64,000 nt of DNA, from contig JAZSEY010000020.1 in the NCBI GenBank assembly GCA_045531905.1, positions 82,020 through 146,019 of the forward strand, given 5' to 3'. This document shows positions 10,504 to 20,430 of the stretch, in pieces. Under the pieces are notes generated by a model. It was not told the origin of the DNA, made no database searches, and saw only the letters and a list, made by a program, of their open reading frames with translations. Source of the stretch: Lachnospiraceae bacterium. Its GTDB lineage: Bacteria; Bacillota; Clostridia; Lachnospirales; Lachnospiraceae. How positions within the stretch are numbered: the first letter of the stretch is position 1; the number at the start of each line of letters is the position of its first letter. The translations under genes and the position numbers were made by a program.

Positions 10504-11295
10504 ATGAATTTCATAATATTATGTGTGATTACGTTAATCATTAGTTCAGTAGGATTTTACAAGTATGTGTATTTTATTTCTATTGGATATGGATTTTCAG
10601 TAGCGGGACTTGGAATTGGTATGTTGATTATGTTCCGCGAGCATTTATCTATTCCGATTGTTGTGGCGTTATTACTATTTGTGATATATGGATGCAGATT
10701 GGGAGGATATTTGTTGATAAGAGAATTAAAAAGTGCATCTTACCGAGATACTATGAAGCGAGAAATTAAAGATGGTTCCGGTATGAAAATGATTGCCAAA
10801 CTCAGTATCTGGATTAGTTGTTCTGTTCTATATGTCCTTCAGGTATCACCAGTTTTCTTCCGCTTAGCAAATGGTGGAAAAACAGATACTGTTATGATTG
10901 TCGGTGCAGTCATTATGGCATGTGGAATTATATTAGAGTCTTTGGCTGATATGCAGAAATCCAAAGCAAAGGCGAAGAATCCAAAGCGTTTTTGTGATAG
11001 TGGATTATATAAGATTGTACGTTGCCCAAATTATTTGGGAGAAGTGATATTTTGGACAGGTGTGTTGGTTTCAGGTATCAATGTATTAAGTGGAGTGTGG
11101 CAGTGGATTGCTGCTTTGACAGGATATATCTGTATTGTATACATTATGTTTGGTGGCGCACGCAGACTGGAGATTAGACAAAATAAGAATTATGGCGCAG
11201 ACCCTGAGTATCAGGAGTACGTAAAAAAGACACCGATATTACTTCCACTTGTACCACTATACAGTGTAGAAAAATACAAGTGGCTGGTTGGATAA
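10504..11295 (+). CDS. DUF1295/ICMT-like membrane methyltransferase family protein (steroid 5-alpha-reductase-like fold)
   Basis: A polytopic protein containing GLYKIVRCPNYLGEVIFWTG, which resembles the GxYxxxRHPxYxG motif. Confidence 0.55.
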   Translation: MNFIILCVITLIISSVGFYKYVYFISIGYGFSVAGLGIGMLIMFREHLSIPIVVALLLFVIYGCRLGGYLLIRELKSASYRDTMKREIKDGSGMKMIAKLSIWISCSVLYVLQVSPVFFRLANGGKTDTVMIVGAVIMACGIILESLADMQKSKAKAKNPKRFCDSGLYKIVRCPNYLGEVIFWTGVLVSGINVLSGVWQWIAALTGYICIVYIMFGGARRLEIRQNKNYGADPEYQEYVKKTPILLPLVPLYSVEKYKWLVG

Positions 11296-11313
11296 CATAA
11301 ATGCTTATGAAAG

Positions 11314-12645
11314 ATGAGGTTAATTATGCAAAAGGGGAATTTTAAGGCATTGCTCCCAATTGGAGTGTTTTTAGTATTATATTTGGGCTTAGGTATCTTA
11401 TTTGAGTATGTGTTGCATATTGAGATGGGATTTTACAAGATTCCAATCGTTGTTGTTTTCTTGATTGCGTTGATTGTTGCTTGTGTTCAAAATCCAAAGG
11501 CCACCTTTGACGAGAAACTAGATATCATGGCAAAGGGCGTAGGCGATAAAAATATCATCACCATGATTTTGATTTTTATGGCTGCCGGTGTATTTGTAGG
11601 TGTAGTAGGCAGAAGTAGTGCGGAAAGTGTAGCTTATTTCTTGCTCTCTGTAATTCCTGCTCAATTTGCGGTGTTAGTTTTATTTGTTGTTAGTGCATTT
11701 GTTTCTCTTGCAATGGGAACCTCGGTGGGTACGATTACATTGATTGCACCGATTGCAGTGGCTGTGGCAAATGGTTCCGGTTTCGCAGTACCGCTTTGTG
11801 TCGGTTCCGTAGTTGGTGGTGCTATGTTTGGTGATAATTTATCCTTTATTTCAGATACCACCATTGCAGCATGTAATGGTCAGGGCTGTGCGATGCAGGA
11901 TAAGTTTAAAGAGAATTTTGGAATTGCTCTTCCGGCAGCGTTATTGACTATGGTGATATTACTCGTTCAATCTATGGGGGCTGATGTGGGCTCTGCGGTT
12001 GTCAATGATTATAATCTGGTACAGATTATTCCATATATCGTTGTATTGGTTGGCGGTATTGCTGGTATGAATGTATTTTTAGTGTTGTTGATTGGTATTA
12101 TAGTTGGTTCTGTGATCATGTTGGTTACAGGTGCGACTCCGGCGACAGAACTGTTGGCTAATATGGGTAGTGGTGTATCTGGTATGTTTGAAACTTCCAT
12201 GGTTGCCATTTTAGTTTCAGCCATTTGTGCCTTGATTAATGAATATGGTGGTTTTGCAGCATTGCTTGCATTGATTAAGAAAGTGTTCAAGGGCACAAAG
12301 GGCGGTATGCTTGGTATGGGCTTGTTGGTAGGTGCCATGGATATTGCGACTGCAAATAATACCGTTGCTATCGTTATGGCAAATCCAATCGCGAAGGAAA
12401 TGGCTGACAATTATGACATTTCTCCAAGGAAGGCAGCATCTATTTTGGATACATTTTCATGTATTTTCCAAGGTGTGATTCCTTATGGTGCGCAGATGTT
12501 AGTTGCACTTTCTGTCTGTGCAGAGCTTGGATGCAGTGTAACTGCATTTGATATTTTGCCGAATCTTTGGTATCCGTTAATGCTGCTATTGAGTTCTTTG
12601 GTATTTGTGTTCCTTGTACCAAATCGCAAAAAAGAAAATGCATAA
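11314..12645 (+). CDS. NhaC-family Na+/H+ antiporter-like membrane transporter
   Basis: About 440 aa with multiple TM helices and Gly-rich re-entrant-like segments (GSVVGGAMFGDNLSFISDTT). The family assignment is by resemblance only. The true start is probably ATG 11326. Confidence 0.45.
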   Translation: MRLIMQKGNFKALLPIGVFLVLYLGLGILFEYVLHIEMGFYKIPIVVVFLIALIVACVQNPKATFDEKLDIMAKGVGDKNIITMILIFMAAGVFVGVVGRSSAESVAYFLLSVIPAQFAVLVLFVVSAFVSLAMGTSVGTITLIAPIAVAVANGSGFAVPLCVGSVVGGAMFGDNLSFISDTTIAACNGQGCAMQDKFKENFGIALPAALLTMVILLVQSMGADVGSAVVNDYNLVQIIPYIVVLVGGIAGMNVFLVLLIGIIVGSVIMLVTGATPATELLANMGSGVSGMFETSMVAILVSAICALINEYGGFAALLALIKKVFKGTKGGMLGMGLLVGAMDIATANNTVAIVMANPIAKEMADNYDISPRKAASILDTFSCIFQGVIPYGAQMLVALSVCAELGCSVTAFDILPNLWYPLMLLLSSLVFVFLVPNRKKENA

Positions 12646-12658
12646 TGGAGAACTGTTC

Positions 12659-13126
12659 ATGAAGATATTAGTTGATGCAGATGCCTGTCCGGTAGTTCGG
12701 ATTGTGGAGCGGGTTGCAAAGAATAATAAGAAACCTGTGATACTTTTGTGCGATACCAATCATGTGTTACAATCGGATTACAGTGAAGTAAAAGTGATTG
12801 GTGCCGGTGCAGATGCAGTTGATTTTGCTTTGGTTAATGTATGCAGTAAGGGAGATATCGTTGTTACCCAGGACTATGGTGTGGCAGCGATGATTTTGGG
12901 AAAAGGTGCATATGGTATTCATCAAAGCGGAAAGTGGTATACCAATGAAAATATTGACCAAATGCTTATGGAACGTCATATGGCAAAGAAAGCCAGAAGA
13001 TCAAAAAGTAAGCATCATTTGAAAGGTCCTGCTAAAAGAACGGAAGAGGATGATTTGCGGTTTGAATCGTCTTTTATAAGATTAATAGAAAAGGTGAGTG
13101 CGAATGAAGAAGAGAAGTGCATATAA
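12659..13126 (+). CDS. YaiI/YqgV family protein (UPF0178/DUF188)
   Basis: The N-terminus MKILVDADACPVV is typical of the family. Start adjusted to the internal ATG. Confidence 0.55.
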   Translation: MKILVDADACPVVRIVERVAKNNKKPVILLCDTNHVLQSDYSEVKVIGAGADAVDFALVNVCSKGDIVVTQDYGVAAMILGKGAYGIHQSGKWYTNENIDQMLMERHMAKKARRSKSKHHLKGPAKRTEEDDLRFESSFIRLIEKVSANEEEKCI

Positions 13127-13646
13127 ATGGAAAGTACCGTTGGTTTCATTATTGGTGAATTTAGTTGTCATGCTACTTGTGTTTTTACCACAGATTTGTT
13201 TTGTTGGTGGTCATGTGGGGTTGACAGAAAATTTAATAGATGAGATGGGACCGGGCTCAGTAGGTGGAGGTTGGTTAATTTTGCCGGCTATGATAGGAGA
13301 TTTTGGTATCGCAATGGTAGCAGTTTTTTTTGGTGCGATTTTAATTATGTATTCCATTGTTGCTGCTGTTATCACTATTTGGAATGTGATATGGAATTGC
13401 TGTAACAAAAAGGAAAAGAAGTGGATGCTTTTAGCTTCTTTGATTCCTGCCGGAATTGTTGCAGTTGTTTTTTTGGTTTGTGCCATTCGCTTGTTTATTG
13501 ATATACCGTATTTCGAGACGTTTCTCTTTGTGGTTCCTGCACTTATTATGTTGGCATCACAGATATGGCAATATAAGCTGTTTATGAAGGTAGAAGAAAC
13601 AGAAGCAGAAGTATCCCAAGTGGATGTAGATGGAGACTACATATAA
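13098..13646 (+). CDS. Hypothetical integral membrane protein
   Basis: Four or more hydrophobic helices. No recognised motif. Confidence 0.45.
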   Translation: MRMKKRSAYKWKVPLVSLLVNLVVMLLVFLPQICFVGGHVGLTENLIDEMGPGSVGGGWLILPAMIGDFGIAMVAVFFGAILIMYSIVAAVITIWNVIWNCCNKKEKKWMLLASLIPAGIVAVVFLVCAIRLFIDIPYFETFLFVVPALIMLASQIWQYKLFMKVEETEAEVSQVDVDGDYI

Positions 13647-14440
13647 AAAGTCTGTCCGTTTCTTGTGACTGGCATAATTGCATCTGCGTAAGCAGGGTGG
13701 TCTTTTATAAATGCAGGGATGATACTAAAATCCTCCCAGAAATGCATTGGGAATACGCAATTACACTGTGCGTGTTCCAAGAACAATTCTAAACCGAGAT
13801 AAGCATATTGATGTTGTCTGGTATCTAACGGTACAAAGGCAACATCAATTTTTTTGTCATCTAATTTCGTCATTTCTCGTAGATAATTGGCTTTCATATT
13901 ATTGTTATATTGCTTGGTTTCTCCTTCCCACATCCAACAATTCAAATCTCCCGCATGGTAAAAGGTCTGTTTTTTATAATTGAGTAAATAGGCTACGCCC
14001 TGGTCAGTAGATGCCAGCGTTTCTATTCCTAACATGTTCCCGTCAGACAAAATAATTGTATATTCAAGATTGCGCCGAACCAAGGTCACATTCCGTTCTG
14101 TATCAATTCCTTTCGTGCGCAACTCTTCGGCATGCTTATTCGTCAATACTCGCTTCCACAGAACATAATGTACATTTGGATAAGCCATTTGTAACTCCCA
14201 AATGGCAGGATTGTAGTGGTCACTGTGACTGTGACTTACAAAAACAACGATATCCTTTTCTACATTCATTGTGGGTATCTTACCTGTATAGTAGTCAAAT
14301 AGAAAATATGCAGTTTCTGTTTCTAAAATAAAGCCACTGTGGGCGATGTAAGTAACGTTCATGGGGCAACTCCTTTCTGGTACACTAGGTATTTTACTAT
14401 AAATAAATGAATAGTGAAATAACAAATGTAAAAAAGACAA
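13637..14440 (-). CDS. MBL-fold metallo-hydrolase
   Basis: The HxHxDH motif is present as VFVSHSHSDHY. Confidence 0.75.
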   Translation of the reverse strand: MSFLHLLFHYSFIYSKIPSVPERSCPMNVTYIAHSGFILETETAYFLFDYYTGKIPTMNVEKDIVVFVSHSHSDHYNPAIWELQMAYPNVHYVLWKRVLTNKHAEELRTKGIDTERNVTLVRRNLEYTIILSDGNMLGIETLASTDQGVAYLLNYKKQTFYHAGDLNCWMWEGETKQYNNNMKANYLREMTKLDDKKIDVAFVPLDTRQHQYAYLGLELFLEHAQCNCVFPMHFWEDFSIIPAFIKDHPAYADAIMPVTRNGQTFYM

Positions 14441-14508
14441 AAATAAACACTTGAAATGTGTAAAAAATTATGATACATTTATGTAGAATTCAAATTTGAC
14501 ATACCGGT

Positions 14509-15312
14509 ATGTCTCTGAAAGGAGACATGATGAAAAAGACAGGAAAGTTGGCATATACGTTAAAAAATAACTATCTGTTTTTAGCACTGATGAATAGTCA
14601 TCCTTACACGTTGAAAATGTTAGTGTGTTCTTTGCTTGCATTAGAATCAAGTGAGATAACCTCTATTACTATTCGTAATCCAATTAAGGTAGGAGAAGCA
14701 GTAACAGATAAGACATTCATTTTGGATTTAGATTTGATGCTTAATGGTGATACTTATATAAATATCGAATTACAAGTTGTGAACTATAACAACTGGCCGG
14801 AACGTTCTCTTGGGTATTTGTGTAGAACCTATGACAATCTTAATAAAGGCGAGGATTATATCGATACCAAGCCTGCAATTCATATTAGCATACTCGATTT
14901 CACATTATTTGAAGAATATGCTGAATTCTTTGCGACGTATCGGTTGTTGAACTGCAAGAAGCACTATGAATATACTAGCAAATTTTCACTGCATGTGTTA
15001 GACTTATCAAAGATAGATATGGCGACAAGCGAAGACAAGAGATACCATCGTGATGTGTGGAGTCGTATCTTTCAATCTACAACATGGGGTGATTTGATGG
15101 CAATTGCAGAGGAATACAAGGAATTTGAACCTGTAGTGGAACAGATTGATTTATTGAATGCAGACGAAGCAGTCAGATTACACTGCGAGGCACGAGAACG
15201 TGCAATTATTCATGAACAGGCTATGCAGAGAAAGTTAAGAAGTTTGGAGGATGCAGTACAGGAAAAAGATGCTGAAATTGCTCGTTTAAAGAATGAATTA
15301 GAGAAAAAATAA
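14509..15312 (+). CDS. Rpn/YhgA-like PD-(D/E)XK nuclease family putative transposase
   Basis: The D...E.Q core appears as LDLDLML....INIELQV. There is a C-terminal coiled coil. The protein resembles family members that are abundant in Clostridia. Confidence 0.5.
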   Translation: MSLKGDMMKKTGKLAYTLKNNYLFLALMNSHPYTLKMLVCSLLALESSEITSITIRNPIKVGEAVTDKTFILDLDLMLNGDTYINIELQVVNYNNWPERSLGYLCRTYDNLNKGEDYIDTKPAIHISILDFTLFEEYAEFFATYRLLNCKKHYEYTSKFSLHVLDLSKIDMATSEDKRYHRDVWSRIFQSTTWGDLMAIAEEYKEFEPVVEQIDLLNADEAVRLHCEARERAIIHEQAMQRKLRSLEDAVQEKDAEIARLKNELEKK

Positions 15313-15338
15313 TTATTAAAATGTAAGATAAAGAAAAT

Positions 15339-15411
15339 CAAGGTATGGTAAAGTATCATCTTTTTTTTTGAAATAGAAAAACGCAATGATACTTACCATA
15401 CCTTGTTTTTT
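15339..15411. terminator. Long hairpin terminator (~20-bp stem)
   Basis: AAGGTATGGTAAAGTATCAT pairs with ATGATACTTACCATACCTT. The hairpin is flanked by T9 inside the loop and T6 after it. Confidence 0.6.
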
Positions 15412-15496
15412 GTGTTTGACAACTTTTTTTGTCATTTTCTATTGACAAGTTTCCTTGTCAATGATATGATGCGTTTATGACAAGGATAGTTGTCAA
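15411..15496 (+). promoter_or_regulatory. Sigma-A promoter embedded in three TTGACAA/TTGTCAA inverted-repeat operators
   Basis: The -35 TTGACA is at 15442-15447, followed by a 17-nt spacer and the -10 TATGAT at 15465-15470. Palindromes are TTGACAA-N7-TTGTCA, TTGACAAG-N4-CTTGTCAA and GACAAGG-N5-TTGTCAA. Confidence 0.55.
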
Positions 15497-15537
15497 TTTG
15501 CGCAAAGAAAAAATGAATCAAAAAAGGAGTTGAATAC

Positions 15538-15744
15538 ATGCCATTATATAACCGGTTAAAAGAATTCCGGGCAAAGCTTGGAGTGAACCAGCAGGAGATG
15601 GGAGCGTTGGTACAGACATCAAGACAAACCATCAGCCAGATTGAACGAGGAGATTATTCGCCATCGGTGTCATTGGCATTAAAGATTGCAAAAGTATGTG
15701 GAGTTAGTGTAGAAGAGATTTTTCAATATGAGGAGGACGAATAG
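15538..15744 (+). CDS. XRE-family helix-turn-helix transcriptional regulator (68 aa)
   Basis: The HTH reads LGVNQQEMGALVQTSRQTISQIERGDYSPS. Confidence 0.8.
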   Translation: MPLYNRLKEFRAKLGVNQQEMGALVQTSRQTISQIERGDYSPSVSLALKIAKVCGVSVEEIFQYEEDE

Positions 15745-16515
15745 ATGAAAGAGAATAAGAAGAAGGATACAAAGATCGTACTTAAGTTTTTGGCATTTGT
15801 ATTTGCCAGTGGTGTGATTGGATATATTGTTGGAAGAGCTATGACGAGAGCCGAAAAGAATGGCCTTGATTTTTCAGCAGTTATAGATTCTATGGAGCCG
15901 GCTATGGTATACATTGTTCCGACAGTGGCTATTTTAATGAACGTGATTTTCTGTCTTATCAGCGTTGTGCGTCTTGCAAAAGTCAACAAAATGCTTGCAA
16001 GCACAGATGCTGAAGATGAGGAGTTAAATGATATTGAGAACAAATTGAATCTGCCGAATATTTTATCTTCTGTTAGCATGATTTTAAATATGTTGTTCTT
16101 TTCAGCCATGATACAGCTTGCTGAATTTGGCCCTATGATGAAGGATTCATCAAAAGTGTATTTTATAATGAATACTGTGGTGTTTGTTGCTAGCTACATA
16201 TGGGAAGTGTTAGTGCAAATGAAGACCGTTGCGCTTGTGAAAAAGATTAATCCTGAGAAAAAAGGAAATGTCCTAGATACTAAATTTATTGAGGATTGGG
16301 AAGCGAGCTGTGATGAGGCACAAAAAATGATTATTTACAAATCAGCGTATAGCGCATATCGTGTCAGTGCAACTGCATGTCTTACATTGTGGGTAATATC
16401 TCTTATAGGACAGCTATTCTTCAATACAGGTGTGTTCCCTGTAATCTGCATCTGTACCATCTGGCTAACCGGTACCTTAGCATACATGATTACTGCTGTT
16501 AAACTAGAGAAATAA
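15745..16515 (+). CDS. Membrane protein co-transcribed with the XRE regulator (DUF2975-like partner)
   Basis: A polytopic protein whose start abuts the regulator's stop. Confidence 0.5.
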   Translation: MKENKKKDTKIVLKFLAFVFASGVIGYIVGRAMTRAEKNGLDFSAVIDSMEPAMVYIVPTVAILMNVIFCLISVVRLAKVNKMLASTDAEDEELNDIENKLNLPNILSSVSMILNMLFFSAMIQLAEFGPMMKDSSKVYFIMNTVVFVASYIWEVLVQMKTVALVKKINPEKKGNVLDTKFIEDWEASCDEAQKMIIYKSAYSAYRVSATACLTLWVISLIGQLFFNTGVFPVICICTIWLTGTLAYMITAVKLEK

Positions 16516-16576
16516 TACCTTGTATTATTCTCTCGATTCATGTAGAATATGAACTGATTAAAGGAGAGTGATACGC

Positions 16577-17971
16577 GTGGATAAGGAACTTATGTTAGAA
16601 GAGGAAATATTGGAAGAAGAGGCAATGAATGTCTCCAATGATCAGTTTCATAAATTTGAACAGAAACTATTGAAAGGTCACCACATTGACCCAAATCTTT
16701 ATGATGAATATGACGTTAAGAGAGGACTTCGTGATGCCAATGGTAAAGGTGTATTGACAGGTCTTACAGAGATTTCAGATGTATGTGGATTTACTGTAGA
16801 GAATGGTCGTAAGATTCCTGCAGAGGGACGTTTATATTATCAGGGTATTGATGTGAATGACTTGGTAGACAATTTAGGTGATAGACGTTTTGGTTTTGAG
16901 GAAGTTACATATTTACTGATTTTTGGCTCTTTGCCAACACAAAAGGAATTAGACCATTTTGTTAAGAAGTTCCACAATTTACAGGAATTAAAGAGCCGTT
17001 TCTTGCGTGACGTGGTTATGAAGGCAACCAATGGAAATATTATGAATGCCATGCAGAGATGCGTTTTGACTATGTATACATATGACGATAAGCCAGAGGA
17101 TATTTCAGTGGTGAACGTGTTGCGTCAATGTTTGGATTTGACTGCAAAGATTCCATTGATTGCGGTAGACTCGTATCACGCATATCGTCATTTCCGTAAG
17201 GGTGAAAATCTGTTTATTTGTAATCCAAAAGAAGGCTTGTCCTTTGCTGAGAATTTATTAGTGATGTTAAGACCAAATGGCGAATATACAGAGTTAGAAG
17301 CAAAGGTATTGGACGTTGCTTTGATTTTACATGCAGAGCATGGTGGTGGTAACAATTCTACCTTTACAAATCATGTGGTAACCTCATCAGGTACAGATAC
17401 ATATTCTGCTATTGCAGCATCTATCGGTTCCTTAAAAGGTTTCCGCCATGGTGGTGCGAACCTTAAGGTACAGCAAATGTTTGCAGATATCAAGGCAAAT
17501 GTTAAGGACTGGACAAATGAAGCAGAGATTTCTGCATACTTACAGAAAATACTTTCTAAGGAAGCATTTGATGGTTCTGGTTTGATTTATGGTATGGGTC
17601 ATGCTGTTTATACCCTTTCAGATCCGCGTGAAGTGATTTTGAAAAAATACGCAAGGAGTCTTGCAGAAGAAAAAGGCTTAATGGATGAATTTAATCTCTA
17701 TGATACCGTAGAACGTTTGGCAGGACAGCTTATCATGGAGCAGAGAAAGATTTTCAAAAATGTATGTGCAAATGTAGACTTCTACAGTGGTTTTGTATAT
17801 ACCATGCTTGGCATTCCGGAAGAATTATTTACTCCAATATTTGCCATTGCAAGAATGTCTGGCTGGAGTGCACACCGCTTGGAGGAAATCATTAATACAA
17901 GCAAAATTATTCGTCCGGCATACAAGTATGTTGGTGAGCATTTTGACTTTACGCCAATAGAAGACAGATAG
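16577..17971 (+). CDS. Citrate synthase
   Basis: The signature GMGHAVYTLSDPR is present. Catalytic His residues are at LHAEHGGGN and GFRHGGANL. Confidence 0.9.
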   Translation: MDKELMLEEEILEEEAMNVSNDQFHKFEQKLLKGHHIDPNLYDEYDVKRGLRDANGKGVLTGLTEISDVCGFTVENGRKIPAEGRLYYQGIDVNDLVDNLGDRRFGFEEVTYLLIFGSLPTQKELDHFVKKFHNLQELKSRFLRDVVMKATNGNIMNAMQRCVLTMYTYDDKPEDISVVNVLRQCLDLTAKIPLIAVDSYHAYRHFRKGENLFICNPKEGLSFAENLLVMLRPNGEYTELEAKVLDVALILHAEHGGGNNSTFTNHVVTSSGTDTYSAIAASIGSLKGFRHGGANLKVQQMFADIKANVKDWTNEAEISAYLQKILSKEAFDGSGLIYGMGHAVYTLSDPREVILKKYARSLAEEKGLMDEFNLYDTVERLAGQLIMEQRKIFKNVCANVDFYSGFVYTMLGIPEELFTPIFAIARMSGWSAHRLEEIINTSKIIRPAYKYVGEHFDFTPIEDR

Positions 17972-17979
17972 TAGTGAAA

Positions 17980-18006
17980 AGGCACTGTAATACAGTGTCT
18001 TTTTTA
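17980..18006 (+). terminator. Rho-independent terminator
   Basis: GGCACTGTA-ata-CAGTGTCT followed by TTTTT. Confidence 0.5.
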
Positions 18007-18026
18007 TTGTCTTTCGATTGATATTG

Positions 18027-18369
18027 TGCAGTTATAAGCATACGCATCATTATATTTGTATCATTAAGTATGTATAAGTGCTACTTGTGTCATTTTTTAT
18101 TCATACCACACACAAAACTTCAACACAGAGAGGTAAATTGGCATGAGGCGTGCCTCAAAATACGTCGGCACTTATTGCACTATCACACAGTTCTGTGTGG
18201 TAGTGCAATTACGTACCGCTACGTATTTTGGGAGCGCAAGCGCTACGCTGATGTCAATTTACCTCCCTGTGTTGTTCAAACATTGTGTGTGATATGAAAA
18301 ATAACACAAGCAACACTAACACATACTAAATAATCCAAATAAGATGATACTTTATGCTTATAACTGCGC
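18027..18369. repeat. Long nested imperfect palindrome (element 1 of a 5-member family)
   Basis: The outer arms are GCAGTTATAAGCAT... and ...ATGCTTATAACTGCG. The inner arms are ACACACAAAACTTCAACACAGAGAGGTAAATTG and its reverse complement. The core carries CTCAAAATACGT...ACGTATTTTGGG units. Confidence 0.7.
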
Positions 18370-18567
18370 TATAACATATGAAAGACAATAAAATAGGCAA
18401 CTTTCACTATATAAAATAACACTGACTGCCGATATAATAGATGAAATCTAGTATTTTGCCCGAATTTAGCAGATTTCAAACATGTATAAAATGGATTTTA
18501 TGCGTGATAAGACAGGGCAACAAAAGTAACTATCGTTCATGTAGAGAAGATCAAGGAGGAGATTTCT

Positions 18568-19419
18568 ATGAACAATGTACAAATTAGCAGTTTTACTGCT
18601 ACTAGTGCCTATGAGGCACAAAAGACCTGGTCGAAGAAGACAGATGCTACTTCCAAGACTGGTAAGCCAGAACTACCGAATAAGCCAGGACAAAATGGCA
18701 AGGCGGACGCTTTACAGAGTGTGATGGCAAAGTACAACACGAAGTATGGTAACACCATCGGTGATGTGGAACTTTCAGAGTCAGCGGAGAAGTACTATGA
18801 GAAGCTGAAGGCAAAGTTTGGCAATATGGAATTCGTATTGGTTAGTTCGGATATGAAGGAACAGGTGCAGTCTCAGGCATCTAAGTTTGGAAATGCCAAT
18901 AAGATGGTAGTCTTGATTGACAATGAGAAGCTTGAGAAGATGGCCACTGATGAATCCTATCGCAATAAGTATGAAGGCATTATTGCTGCAGCGGGTCCTC
19001 AGTTAAGCAGTTTAAAGAATAGTCTTACTGCTACAGGAGCCAAGGTTACAAACTTTGGTATGCAGATAAATGATAATGGTCAGGCAGAATACTTTGCCGT
19101 AGTTGATAAGTCATTGGCTGCTCAGAAGGAAAGAATTGAAAAGGTCGCTGAGAAGAAAGCGGCAGAAAAGAAAGCCGCAAAGAAGGCAGAGGCTAAGGCT
19201 GCAAAAGAAGAAGCCATTGAGGAGAAAAAAGCAGAAGCAGCTGCTGAAAAGGCAAATCAAAAGGCAGGAAAAGCAGAAGCAGATACTGTGGTATTAAAGG
19301 CGACAACTGTAGATGAATTGGTGCAAAAGATTCAGGATACAGTTTATGCTGAAATGAGTGACAGTGTTCGTACCGAGGCAGAGATGAACGTAGGTCAGCA
19401 TATTGACTTTAAGTTCTAA
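18568..19419 (+). CDS. Hypothetical protein with a Lys/Ala-rich repetitive C-terminal region
   Basis: Contains EKKAAEKKAAKKAEAKAAKEEA repeats. No recognised domain. Confidence 0.5.
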   Translation: MNNVQISSFTATSAYEAQKTWSKKTDATSKTGKPELPNKPGQNGKADALQSVMAKYNTKYGNTIGDVELSESAEKYYEKLKAKFGNMEFVLVSSDMKEQVQSQASKFGNANKMVVLIDNEKLEKMATDESYRNKYEGIIAAAGPQLSSLKNSLTATGAKVTNFGMQINDNGQAEYFAVVDKSLAAQKERIEKVAEKKAAEKKAAKKAEAKAAKEEAIEEKKAEAAAEKANQKAGKAEADTVVLKATTVDELVQKIQDTVYAEMSDSVRTEAEMNVGQHIDFKF

Positions 19420-19440
19420 TTTGCGAAGGGAGGAATCTGT

Positions 19441-20301
19441 ATGTTAGATTTTTCGACTTTGTTAAAACCACAGAATCAAATCAATCTTGCATATACCTGG
19501 GATAAAAAATTAGAAGAAATGCGGAAACAGGAAAAGCAACAGGGGCTATCTGCGGAGATGCAACAGATTAAACTGTTTCATGAGAATATGCAGGATATGG
19601 ATAAAAGTAATCGCTTGCAAAGTATCGGCAGTAAGCTGAATGCGGGTTTAGATTTAACTGCCGATGAGTTGTCCTATTTGCAAAAGCATGCGCCTGAGCT
19701 CTATAAGGAATATGTAGATGCAAAACGGGAAGCAGAGAATTATAAACAGCAGTTAAAAAAGTGCAAAACAAAGGAAGATGTGCAAAAGATTAAACTGCAA
19801 AAACTAGGTTCTTTTATGGCTGAAGCTAAAAGCATTTCCAATAATCCTAATATTCCTAAAGGCAAGAAATTGGGAATGATGCAGGCAGTTTTGAAAAAGG
19901 TTATGTGTACGGAAGCGGCTCATCAGGAATTTACCCAGTCAGCAGCTTATGCTAATATGCCAACGGATGCAGAGGTTCGTGCAGAGGAAAAACGGGAAGC
20001 AGAAGCAACCAAAGCGGAATTAACAGGCGAGGAAAAAACACCTGCTACCGAAGAGGAAGTAGAAGCACCGGTTGTGTCTGAGGAGACAGAAGAGACTACC
20101 GGACAGTTTTCGGAAGCTGATGTGAAAGCAGACACAGAGGCATCTCGTGAGATAACACCAGATATTAAGCAAACAGATGTTACGAAAGAAAGACCAATGT
20201 TTGAGGGTGCAGATAGTTTTGAAACTGTTCGTAGAGAAGTGGTTGATTATCTAAAAAAGAATCGTGCCGTTGGTGGTGGATTGCATTTATTTGAATCATA
20301 A
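19441..20301 (+). CDS. Hypothetical protein with coiled coil and an acidic Glu/Thr-rich tail
   Basis: The ORF is tightly coupled to the previous gene. No recognised domain. Confidence 0.5.
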   Translation: MLDFSTLLKPQNQINLAYTWDKKLEEMRKQEKQQGLSAEMQQIKLFHENMQDMDKSNRLQSIGSKLNAGLDLTADELSYLQKHAPELYKEYVDAKREAENYKQQLKKCKTKEDVQKIKLQKLGSFMAEAKSISNNPNIPKGKKLGMMQAVLKKVMCTEAAHQEFTQSAAYANMPTDAEVRAEEKREAEATKAELTGEEKTPATEEEVEAPVVSEETEETTGQFSEADVKADTEASREITPDIKQTDVTKERPMFEGADSFETVRREVVDYLKKNRAVGGGLHLFES

Positions 20302-20305
20302 TAGT

Positions 20306-20348
20306 ACGCTTCTATGGGAATGATATGTTTCCATAGAAGCGTTTTTTC
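20306..20348 (+). terminator. Rho-independent terminator
   Basis: ACGCTTCTATGG...CCATAGAAGCGT followed by TTTTTT. Confidence 0.6.
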
Positions 20349-20430
20349 ATGCACTTTTCAATGATTAAAAAATGTGATAATATTAGCGATGGTGTTTTTC
20401 GCTAAGAGATACGTAGTTTAGGAGGCAGCA

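Noticed and set aside
14509-15312. Possible insertion sequence carrying the Rpn/PD-(D/E)XK transposase-like gene
   Set aside because: No terminal inverted repeats or target-site duplication are visible around the gene. It is flanked by an ordinary promoter and a long-stem terminator. It is treated as a stand-alone Rpn-family gene, not a mobile element.
18070-18297. 75-aa ORF on the + strand
   Set aside because: It lies entirely inside the palindromic repeat element 1, has no ribosome-binding site and is Cys/His-rich low-complexity. The ORF is an artefact of the repeat.
19103-19297. 64-aa Arg/Lys-rich ORF in an alternate frame
   Set aside because: It is an alternate-frame reading of the GAA/AAG/GCA-rich Lys/Ala repeat region of the 18568-19419 gene.
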